64,000 nucleotides of DNA from an uncultured Planctomycetia bacterium (GTDB lineage Bacteria; Omnitrophota; Gorgyraeia; Gorgyraeales; Gorgyraeaceae). Positions 56,177 to 64,000 of the stretch are shown here, one piece after another. The position numbers and the translations under genes are program-made. The notes under the pieces are model-generated. The model made no database searches, had not been told where the DNA came from, and saw nothing but the letters and a program-made list of their open reading frames with translations. The stretch is from NCBI GenBank assembly GCA_964566255.1, contig CAZMID010000001.1, forward strand, positions 10,799 through 74,798. The letters run 5' to 3'. The stretch's first letter is position 1, and each line of letters starts with the position of its first letter.

Positions 56177-57210
56177 AATAATTCACTCGCTTTCTCTATG
56201 ACCTCATTCACAGTGATTGATTTTAGACATAAAAACATTTTTTTACAATTATGCGCTAGACATTTATTACAACCGATATCCTTATGTAACACTATGTTAT
56301 TATCTGATAGCCCCTTCCATCTTGTAGGGCTAAGACCTTTTTCATTCCTTCCAAATATAGATATAGTGGCCGCCCCTATAGTACATGCAATGTGAACAGG
56401 ACCTGAATCATTCGAAATAAATAAAGATGCTTTTTTAAATAATGCTCCTAGTTCTCCTAAAGAAGTCTTCCCACATAAAAATAAAGGCTTACTTTCCATA
56501 AGATCTTTAACCTTTTCACCTATTTTTACCTGATCAGGACTTGAGACTAAAACAACCTTTACATTAAATCTTCTGGATAAAGAATTTGCTACTTTTGCAA
56601 AATTTTCCTGAGACCACATCTTTGAAATACAACTTGCCCCAGGATGCAGTACTATAAACTTTTCTCCATCTTTTAAACCAGAACTTTTAAGTAAATCATC
56701 TATATTTTTTTCGTGTTCTTTTTTGATTACTATAACTGGTGGAGAACTTTCGACCTTTAGACCAATAGAACGTAATATATCCAAAGAATATTCAGATTCG
56801 TGTTTTTCTCCAAGGCGCTTTTTGTATTCTAACTTTTCAGTCAGAAGAAAATCCATCTTACCTTTTTTATATCCTACCCTTTTTGGAATGCCACTAAGGA
56901 AAGAGATGCAATTTACTCTAGTCGTAGAATGTAAAATTAAAGCAAGGTCGAACTTCTTTTTCTTAAGATGGGTGATGAAACCTAATGTCTTAAAAATACC
57001 TTTATGTTTTAACTTTTTATCATAGACAATTATTTCGTTAAGATAAGGATTGCCTGTTATAATTTCCCGAGTTTGAGGAGAAACCATCATAGCAATGTAA
57101 ATATCTGGAAAGGCCTTCCTTAAAGCTGTAATTACAGGTGTAGAAAGTACTACATCGCCTATCCTATCAGTCCTTATAATAAGAATTCTTTTTATATTAG
57201 AAAAATTCAT
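56173..57210 (-). CDS. ADP-heptose:LPS heptosyltransferase (GT9 family).
   Basis: 345 aa. The N-terminus KRILIIRTDRIGDVVLSTPVITALRKAFPD and the C-terminal GxxxGPxHxA-like region (SNDSGPVHIA) are GT9 signatures. Confidence 0.8.
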   Translation of the reverse strand: MNFSNIKRILIIRTDRIGDVVLSTPVITALRKAFPDIYIAMMVSPQTREIITGNPYLNEIIVYDKKLKHKGIFKTLGFITHLKKKKFDLALILHSTTRVNCISFLSGIPKRVGYKKGKMDFLLTEKLEYKKRLGEKHESEYSLDILRSIGLKVESSPPVIVIKKEHEKNIDDLLKSSGLKDGEKFIVLHPGASCISKMWSQENFAKVANSLSRRFNVKVVLVSSPDQVKIGEKVKDLMESKPLFLCGKTSLGELGALFKKASLFISNDSGPVHIACTIGAATISIFGRNEKGLSPTRWKGLSDNNIVLHKDIGCNKCLAHNCKKMFLCLKSITVNEVIEKASELL

Positions 57211-58199
57211 AATAATTTCTTAATTGCTTCTAAAACTTCTTCTGGTTTTATTTGTTTCATGCACTCATGATTAAATCTACATAATGCCTTTTTACATGGA
57301 GAACATTTTAAGTCTTTTCGTATAACTATGTCATGTGTGCCCGTAGGTCCATACTCTTTAGGATCTGTTGGCCCAAATATAGCTACTACCTTCACTTTCA
57401 AGTCTGATGCAATGTGCATAGAAGCACTATCACATGTTAAAAGCACTTTTAATCTATCTATTAAAGCGAATAATTCATTTAAGGTGAGTTTTCCTGTTAG
57501 ATCAATTAAGCCTTCATATTTCATAGCATTCTTTATCGCACTTGAGACATTGACTTGACTTGCTTCTCCCATTAAAACAACTTTATTTCTTTTATTCTCT
57601 AAAAGATTATTTATAACCTTTACAAATCCCTCTATAGGCCATTCCTTTGTATAACTGCGACATGAAGGTGCAACGCCTATTAAAGAATCTTCCTCTCTAA
57701 GGCCTCCCCCCTCAAGCAATCTCTTTAGGGTATATTTATCTTTTTGATCAATATAAATATTTTTTTGATTTTTATACTCTATACCTAAGTTTTTAAGTTT
57801 AGATAAATGATGTAATCTTTTATGTTTTTTTCTAGTTTTATTTATTGAAAATAAACTACTTTTCTTTTTAGCACCTATTAAAATAGGCATAAGGCTTGCT
57901 TTCATATCAATACAGATATCATACCTATTTTTCCTTAGCATATTTATGAACTTGATCTTTTCTATTAAACTTGAATGTTTATCATATGTAAAAATCTTAT
58001 CTACTCTTGGGTCTTTTATAAAAACCTCTTTTGGCCTTGGCCCTACTACTACATCTATACTTGATTCTGGAAATTTGCTTTTAAGTGCAGAAAAAATAGG
58101 CAGCGTCAAAACCACATCACCAATATTACTAAGTGTAATGAAAAGTATTTTCATGATATTGCCTTTAGTACATCTTGAACAGTTACTGCCTTCATACAT
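57207..58199 (-). CDS. ADP-heptose:LPS heptosyltransferase (GT9 family), paralogue 2.
   Basis: 330 aa with MKILFITLSNIGDVVLTLPIFSALKSKFPES and a CDSASMHIAS motif. Confidence 0.8.
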   Translation of the reverse strand: MYEGSNCSRCTKGNIMKILFITLSNIGDVVLTLPIFSALKSKFPESSIDVVVGPRPKEVFIKDPRVDKIFTYDKHSSLIEKIKFINMLRKNRYDICIDMKASLMPILIGAKKKSSLFSINKTRKKHKRLHHLSKLKNLGIEYKNQKNIYIDQKDKYTLKRLLEGGGLREEDSLIGVAPSCRSYTKEWPIEGFVKVINNLLENKRNKVVLMGEASQVNVSSAIKNAMKYEGLIDLTGKLTLNELFALIDRLKVLLTCDSASMHIASDLKVKVVAIFGPTDPKEYGPTGTHDIVIRKDLKCSPCKKALCRFNHECMKQIKPEEVLEAIKKLL

Positions 58200-59152
58200 T
58201 TATTATCCTTACACAAAATACTATAACAGGGTATCTTACATCCAATGTCTTTCTGTAAAACCTTGGTTACTCCTTTACCATAAGGGCCTGTAATTTTACT
58301 AGATGTAGGACCAAACAAGGCACAAACAGGTGTTCTTACGCCCTTTGCAATATGCATAGGTCCTGAATCATTTGAGATAACCCACTTTGCCTTCTCAAAA
58401 ACTGCACCTAATGTCTTTAGATTTGTCTGGCCGCATAATAAAATTGGCTTTCTTCTCATTAAATTTGATATCTCTTTGCACAAGGAAATGTCTTTTTCTG
58501 CGCCAGTCAAAACTATCTTCATGTTTAATTTGTTAAAAATCTCATCTCCAAGATTTGCAAAATTTTTAACAGGCCATCTTTTTAAATCCCAATTACCCCC
58601 CGGATTTATTGCTATAAAACTTTCTCCTTCTTTAATACCTTTTTGCCTTAAGATAGCTATCGCATTATCTCTGTCTCCCTTAGATATAAAAAATTCGTAG
58701 TCTGTAGATTTTATATCCATACCTACAGCCCTTGCAAGAGACAGAAAATGTTCTACCTTATGTAAATCTTTAGAAGGTTTAGGAATTTTTTTAGTCAATA
58801 AAAAACCTGATTTTTTACTATCATAACCTATACGCTCTGGTATCCTTGAAAGAAAAAGTAGCATGGTTCTAGATAAAGACTTACGCAATATAAAAGCAGT
58901 ATCAAACTTCTTTGACTTTAACTTTGAGACAATTGAAAACTTTCCTAATAAATGTACAAATTCTTTCTTCTCATCATATGAAATAATCTCATTTATATGA
59001 GGGGTATCTCTAAGTACTCCAATACATCTGGGATGCGTAAGAATAGCAATATAACTTTTAGGATAATTCTCCCTCACTGCCTTTATAAATGGCATCACAA
59101 AAAGTGTATCACCTAACCAATTTACATTAACAATAAGAATCCGCCTCATCAT
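58151..59152 (-). CDS. ADP-heptose:LPS heptosyltransferase (GT9 family), paralogue 3.
   Basis: 333 aa with RILIVNVNWLGDTLFVMPFIKAVRENYP and an SNDSGPMHIA motif. Confidence 0.8.
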   Translation of the reverse strand: MMRRILIVNVNWLGDTLFVMPFIKAVRENYPKSYIAILTHPRCIGVLRDTPHINEIISYDEKKEFVHLLGKFSIVSKLKSKKFDTAFILRKSLSRTMLLFLSRIPERIGYDSKKSGFLLTKKIPKPSKDLHKVEHFLSLARAVGMDIKSTDYEFFISKGDRDNAIAILRQKGIKEGESFIAINPGGNWDLKRWPVKNFANLGDEIFNKLNMKIVLTGAEKDISLCKEISNLMRRKPILLCGQTNLKTLGAVFEKAKWVISNDSGPMHIAKGVRTPVCALFGPTSSKITGPYGKGVTKVLQKDIGCKIPCYSILCKDNKCMKAVTVQDVLKAIS

Positions 59153-59935
59153 CTAATCTTCATCCCTGTGTTCTTTTATCCACGTGTAAAAACCTGATGT
59201 TTCAATCCAAAAAACAAATAAATTATCCGAAGTCCTGGATATACGCACTCTATCCATTGCAAATAAATCATGCTTTGGATATTTTTTTCCAGGATTGGTA
59301 GCTACTGCAATTTTATAACCTGATTTTATAACTTTATCTCTTGCTGAATCACTAAAGCCTCCAAGGGGATAGCTAAATGACAGGACTTCTTTTTTAATAT
59401 AATCTTCTATTATCTTTTTAGAATTAGTGATTTCTGTAGTTAATTTTCCCCCTTGAAAAGCTGGAAGATATCTATGGGACATGGTGTGGCTTCCTATAGA
59501 GATAATATCGCTTTCGGACATCTCAATAACCTGACTCCATGTTAAATAACCCTTTTTTCCTATTAGATTAGGAACTATAAAAATTGTTGCAGGAATTTTA
59601 TACTTTTTTAAAATAGGGTAGGCCTCTATATAATTATCTTCATATCCATCATCAAATGTAATAGCAATTGTTCTAGGAGGGAATTTTCCAGATTTTACCA
59701 ACTTTACCAGATCTTCAAGTTTTACAACATTATAATTATGCCTTTTTAAAAAAGAAATCTCTCTTTCAAAACTTTTTGGAGAAACGCTCAATTTGGAAAC
59801 TTCAGCATCATTATCAATCTTGTGATACATAATAATAGGTACAGTATATTGCTCTCTGACACACAAAAATCCAATAACTATAAAGATTAAGATACCTAAT
59901 AAAATTATAGATTTCTTTTTAAAGCGTAAATTCAT
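59153..59935 (-). CDS. Polysaccharide deacetylase (CE4, NodB homology domain).
   Basis: 260 aa with an N-terminal TM helix, and ITFDDGYEDN and GSHTMSHRYL motifs. Confidence 0.8.
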   Translation of the reverse strand: MNLRFKKKSIILLGILIFIVIGFLCVREQYTVPIIMYHKIDNDAEVSKLSVSPKSFEREISFLKRHNYNVVKLEDLVKLVKSGKFPPRTIAITFDDGYEDNYIEAYPILKKYKIPATIFIVPNLIGKKGYLTWSQVIEMSESDIISIGSHTMSHRYLPAFQGGKLTTEITNSKKIIEDYIKKEVLSFSYPLGGFSDSARDKVIKSGYKIAVATNPGKKYPKHDLFAMDRVRISRTSDNLFVFWIETSGFYTWIKEHRDED

Positions 59936-61032
59936 ATTACCTCGTGATATACTTTTTCTATCCTTTCTACCATGCCATCAATAGAAAACTTTTCTACAAC
60001 CTTCTGTCTGGCAGCATGAGACATCTTTTTATAGAGATCTCTATCTTTTAGTAATTTCAATACAGGTTCGACTAAAACTCTGGGATTTGATGGTGGAACT
60101 AAAAACCCATTAATATTATCTTCTATAATACTAGGTATACCCCCTGTATTTGTAGCAACTGTAGGCTTTCCTGAGGCTAGTGCTTCTAAAAGCGCAATAC
60201 CCAGGCCCTCCTTCCTCTTAGGGGTAAACATAAATACATCCATGATAGATAAGATACCTACTGTATCCAGTTGAGATCTGACAAAAACTACGTTTCCTGA
60301 AAGATTAAGCTTAACTACTAAATCAGCTACTTTTGAATATTCCTTACCATCTCCGACAAAAACAAGTTGTATATCTTTTTTTTCTTTCAATATCTCACAA
60401 AGAGCATATAAAAGGATATCATGTCCCTTATCAGGTGTAAATCTGGCTATCGTTCCGATAATAGAACAGTCTTTTCTTATTCCAAATCTATCTTTTAAAG
60501 CATCTTTTTCTTCTTTTGAAAAATCTTTAAGGAATTTTTTAACATCTATACCATTATATATTAAAGAAATCTTCCTTTTATCTACCTGAAAATCATCTAT
60601 TAAATGTCTTTCTACTGCCTCACTTATTGCAATCACGCGCACGCCCCATGAAGGAAGTAATCCTCTACCTATATTTTTTCTAAAAAACCCATGGCATGTT
60701 GTAACTAGCTTGATTCCAGATAACCTTGATGCAAAAAAACCTGCTACATGAGTAACTCGAGTCTGAGAATGTATTAAATCAATATTTAACTTCTTTACTA
60801 TCTTAGTGATTTCAAAAACGGCCTTAAATACCTTAGGGTTTAATTCGGATTTAGTAAGTATATTAAGTTTTATATGTGGAATCCCTATTTTTTCTAACTC
60901 AGGTACCAGTTCTCCTCCGCTTGAAGCAATAAATACGTTTTCTCCTCTTACCTTTAATGCCTTTGCAAGGGATATCGTATAACTAGATATACCACCAATA
61001 TTAAGATGTGTTGTTAAGAGTAATATCTTCAT
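59932..61032 (-). CDS. GT4-family glycosyltransferase.
   Basis: 366 aa. The N-terminal GGISSY region and the C-terminal EGLGIALLEALASGKPTVAT (E-X7-E) are GT4 signatures. Confidence 0.8.
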   Translation of the reverse strand: MKILLLTTHLNIGGISSYTISLAKALKVRGENVFIASSGGELVPELEKIGIPHIKLNILTKSELNPKVFKAVFEITKIVKKLNIDLIHSQTRVTHVAGFFASRLSGIKLVTTCHGFFRKNIGRGLLPSWGVRVIAISEAVERHLIDDFQVDKRKISLIYNGIDVKKFLKDFSKEEKDALKDRFGIRKDCSIIGTIARFTPDKGHDILLYALCEILKEKKDIQLVFVGDGKEYSKVADLVVKLNLSGNVVFVRSQLDTVGILSIMDVFMFTPKRKEGLGIALLEALASGKPTVATNTGGIPSIIEDNINGFLVPPSNPRVLVEPVLKLLKDRDLYKKMSHAARQKVVEKFSIDGMVERIEKVYHEVI

Positions 61033-63107
61033 CCTAACTTATCCATTATTATCTTAAATACCTCATCTACACTAATCTTCTCCATGCAATAAAGCTTCTT
61101 ACAAACAGATTTGTAACATGGAGAACAAGTTAATTCTTTTTTTATAACAATCCCCTTATCTACGGGTTCAAAATGCTTTCTCGGATCTGTAGGACCAAAC
61201 AGGGCTACAAAATTCACTCCCATACTTGAGGCAACATGCATAGGAGCGCTATCTCCTGTAATAAAGATGTTACATCTTTTTATTAAACTAGCTAGTTGTG
61301 TGATCGTAGTCCTACCTACTACATTTATAACCTTACTATTTGTCATATCTATGATTTTTTTTGCCAAATCAATCTCTCCCTTTGAACCTGTAATAACAAC
61401 CCTTATATCCTTTGCTGCCAACATATCTGAAAGTTTAGCAAAATACTTAAGTGGCCAACGTTTTGTCTTCCAGCTGCTCCCAATATTAAGCCCTACGACT
61501 GATTGGTTTTCTCTTACCCACTCATTTTTCAATAAATTATCTACATATATAGAATCTTCTCTTCCGGGCCATATTTCTAAACGTTTAGAAGCACCTACTG
61601 TATTAATACCTGCTTTTCTTAATACCCTGAATTGTTCTTCAACAGGCCCCACAGCAATCTTTAGATATTTCAATTTATTATTTATTAAAAATCCAAGTTT
61701 ATTGTTATTATATCCAAACCTTCTAGAGACTCCTCCAGACCATGCAATAAAATGAGTCTTTCTATTATTCTGTAAATCTATAGACATATCAAATGCTTTA
61801 CGCCTTATAATGCCAGCTGCTTTTATAAATCCCTTTATAGTTTTATCTTTTCCTTTTCTATCGTAAAGAATGATATCATCTATATAAGGACACTTTTTCA
61901 ATATACTTCTAGCATCGCTTCCTGCAAGTACACTAATAAGTGCGTTGGGAAAAGTATTCCTTAACGTCCGTAAACTTGGAACAGACAATATCACATCTCC
62001 TACTGCACCTAACTTTATTACCAGTATCCTTTTTATATTTGCTGCTTCTTCATAGACTCTTATAGTACTATCTGCCATACGCATAAAACTATAGTCTCTT
62101 TCAACTCTCTTCCTTGCTTCTATTGCAAGATTTTTAGATAATTCTCTATCTTTTAAAAGCTTTACTATGGAATTTACCATTTCCATCATATCACCTGGTT
62201 TTACAAGTATACCTGTTTTATTATTTTCTATAATATCTACAACTCCTCCTATTTTAGTAGCTATAACAGGTACACCACTTGCACCTGCTTCAATAATTAC
62301 TCTACCAAAGGCCTCCTGGCCTATAGAAGGAAGTACCAAAAGATCTAATTCAGACATTAGCTTTGGTATATCATGTCTGGATCCTAAAAATTCTACAAAT
62401 CTTTCTATATTGAGTTTACGAATTAAAACTTTTAAGTTTTCTATATATTCGGGTTTATCTTCGGGTGCATCACCTATAATCAATATCTTTACCTTTGGAA
62501 ATATCCTTACCACCCTTGCAATAGCCTGTAGAAAAAAGGTATGTCCCTTTATAGGCGTAATTCTGCCAATAACACCTATTTTATATTCTACTTTATTGTG
62601 AATAGGATTAAATTTAAATTTATCAAGGTCAACCCCTCTTGGAATAAATTTTATTCTTTCTCTTGGTACGCCAAAATCCTCTATCATATGACGTCCTATA
62701 ACAGTTGAGGCCACTATTACAAACTTACCCCAACCCATTATGCGGCTTAATAAATGCTTGGAATAATAACCATGTGCTGTTGTGATAAAATTGGCTGTAG
62801 TATGTCTTGCTGCAAAAAATGCAATAATAGCTGGTACGCGAGAACGAGCATGCACTATGTCTATACGCTCTTCTTTTATAATACGCTCTAATCTTTTGAT
62901 CATTCTAAGAATAGTAAAAAGGGATTTTTTATGTACAGGTAATTTTATGTGTATTGCCTTTGTAGATAAAAGCTCTTTCACCATCCTGCCACCAAAAGAG
63001 ACAACAATAACCTTATGCCCCCTTTTAACCAGTTCCCTAGATAAATCAAGTGTGCCTGTTTCGACACCGCCTACATCCAGTCTTGGAAGGATTTGTAAGA
63101 TATTCAT
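61029..63107 (-). CDS. Bifunctional GT4 glycosyltransferase and GT9 heptosyltransferase fusion protein.
   Basis: 692 aa. Residues 1 to ~350 are GT4 (LDVGGVETGTLDL...EAFGRVIIEAGASGVPVIAT). Residues ~355 to 692 are GT9 (KRILVIKLGAVGDVILSVPSLRTLRNTFPN...GDSAPMHVAS). Confidence 0.8.
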   Translation of the reverse strand: MNILQILPRLDVGGVETGTLDLSRELVKRGHKVIVVSFGGRMVKELLSTKAIHIKLPVHKKSLFTILRMIKRLERIIKEERIDIVHARSRVPAIIAFFAARHTTANFITTAHGYYSKHLLSRIMGWGKFVIVASTVIGRHMIEDFGVPRERIKFIPRGVDLDKFKFNPIHNKVEYKIGVIGRITPIKGHTFFLQAIARVVRIFPKVKILIIGDAPEDKPEYIENLKVLIRKLNIERFVEFLGSRHDIPKLMSELDLLVLPSIGQEAFGRVIIEAGASGVPVIATKIGGVVDIIENNKTGILVKPGDMMEMVNSIVKLLKDRELSKNLAIEARKRVERDYSFMRMADSTIRVYEEAANIKRILVIKLGAVGDVILSVPSLRTLRNTFPNALISVLAGSDARSILKKCPYIDDIILYDRKGKDKTIKGFIKAAGIIRRKAFDMSIDLQNNRKTHFIAWSGGVSRRFGYNNNKLGFLINNKLKYLKIAVGPVEEQFRVLRKAGINTVGASKRLEIWPGREDSIYVDNLLKNEWVRENQSVVGLNIGSSWKTKRWPLKYFAKLSDMLAAKDIRVVITGSKGEIDLAKKIIDMTNSKVINVVGRTTITQLASLIKRCNIFITGDSAPMHVASSMGVNFVALFGPTDPRKHFEPVDKGIVIKKELTCSPCYKSVCKKLYCMEKISVDEVFKIIMDKLG

Positions 63108-63895
63108 ATAAGTGAAATTAAACTTTCTGTTATAATCTTTCTATCGTCTAGTTCCTTTATAGACGGTTTTTCTTTCAAAATGCGCTTTAAAGAATCGTAG
63201 ATCTCTTCTGGTGTTTGTAAATTAATATAGCCTTTTCTTTCTAGGTCTTCAATAATCCTTTCGTACTTACTCTTATGTGATTCTTTATTCATCTCTCTAA
63301 AGACAACAACATGTTTTTCTGAAGATATCGCCTCTGAAACCATAGATACGCTATCAGGAGAAACTACTACAACCTCACTCAAACCAAATATTGCTGGTAC
63401 AATACCATCAATATTCTTTTCATTTGCTATTACTAATAATTTACACCTTGGGTTCTTGCTTAATCTATCTTTTAAGAAACTATCTATCTCTTTTGAAGTC
63501 CTTCTGGATGTAGAGATAAATAGATTAAGATCTACTTCGTCAGCTATCTTCAAAACCCCATCTACTACCTTTTCAACGGCTTCTCTTTCCAATTTAAAAT
63601 TTTTCGTGTCTCCTCCGATTAAAATACCTATACCACGATTAGTAGTTCGAACCTTGCCACCTGTTACTTTTAAAACTGATTCTTCTATAGCTTTTTCAGT
63701 AATCCTATTAGGCGCAGATTCCGTAACCAATGCATTAGACCTTAAATTTTGGCTAACATCATGCCTTGGTAAAATTACTAGATTAAATTTTCTAGCCCTA
63801 GCCAAAGTCGGTTTCATTATAAGAATATTCCTAGCCTTATTCTCATATTTTAGAAAAATATTTGTAGCTGATAAAGAAGCACCACAAGAAATCAC
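63104..63895 (-). CDS. Hypothetical GT-B-like protein, possibly ELM1/DUF1022 family. The N-terminus may lie beyond the window end.
   Basis: 263 aa as drawn. IGILIGGDTKNF...LFISTSRRTSKEI resembles the conserved SRRTP core of ELM1-type proteins. It is adjacent to LPS core glycosyltransferases. Confidence 0.3.
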   Translation of the reverse strand: MISCGASLSATNIFLKYENKARNILIMKPTLARARKFNLVILPRHDVSQNLRSNALVTESAPNRITEKAIEESVLKVTGGKVRTTNRGIGILIGGDTKNFKLEREAVEKVVDGVLKIADEVDLNLFISTSRRTSKEIDSFLKDRLSKNPRCKLLVIANEKNIDGIVPAIFGLSEVVVVSPDSVSMVSEAISSEKHVVVFREMNKESHKSKYERIIEDLERKGYINLQTPEEIYDSLKRILKEKPSIKELDDRKIITESLISLI

Positions 63896-64000
63896 TATAT
63901 CGGCATATGTATTCTTAACCTTATCAAAGGATTCTTTTTCTAAACAAACTTTTAAGCACCTTAAGCATCCCTGACATCTGGGACCTGCAAAAATACTACA

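Overview
This 64 kb window is AT-rich (about one-third GC by eye) and every gene I can support is on the minus strand, with very short or overlapping junctions. The housekeeping genes include the start of trpS, the rimP-nusA-infB operon, the uppS-cdsA-dxr-rseP-ispG-proS cluster, purA, serA with a class-V aminotransferase, clpP-tig, and a membrane H+/Na+ pyrophosphatase. Gram-negative envelope genes are also present: lptB with an LptA-like gene and lpxL, a type IV pilus locus (pilB, pilC, major and minor pilins, a pilM-pilN fusion, pilO), kdsABCD, a heptose kinase, three tandem GT9 heptosyltransferases, a CE4 deacetylase, a GT4, and a GT4-GT9 fusion.

The outstanding feature is a single 15.1 kb ORF (4179..19283, minus strand, 5034 aa) with its own sigma70-like promoter and rho-independent terminator. 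It has an N-terminal Sec-type signal peptide. Along its length it carries recognisable sugar-phosphate and amino-sugar enzyme modules: a PGI-like SIS domain, two ROK sugar-kinase domains, a sugar-1-phosphate nucleotidyltransferase with a left-handed beta-helix, a CofD/YvcK domain, a NagB-like GlcN6P deaminase/isomerase domain and HEAT repeats. It also contains an internally duplicated ~170 aa block bearing an HELGH zincin motif, and four copies of a (D/T)(V/I)LASN peptide that are conserved even at the nucleotide level and sit at module boundaries. I read it as a giant secreted multi-enzyme protein, possibly a polyprotein, centred on GlcNAc and UDP-sugar metabolism.

No tRNA, rRNA or CRISPR array was seen. 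Printed sequence positions and ORF-track coordinates can differ by 1 nt near the window start.
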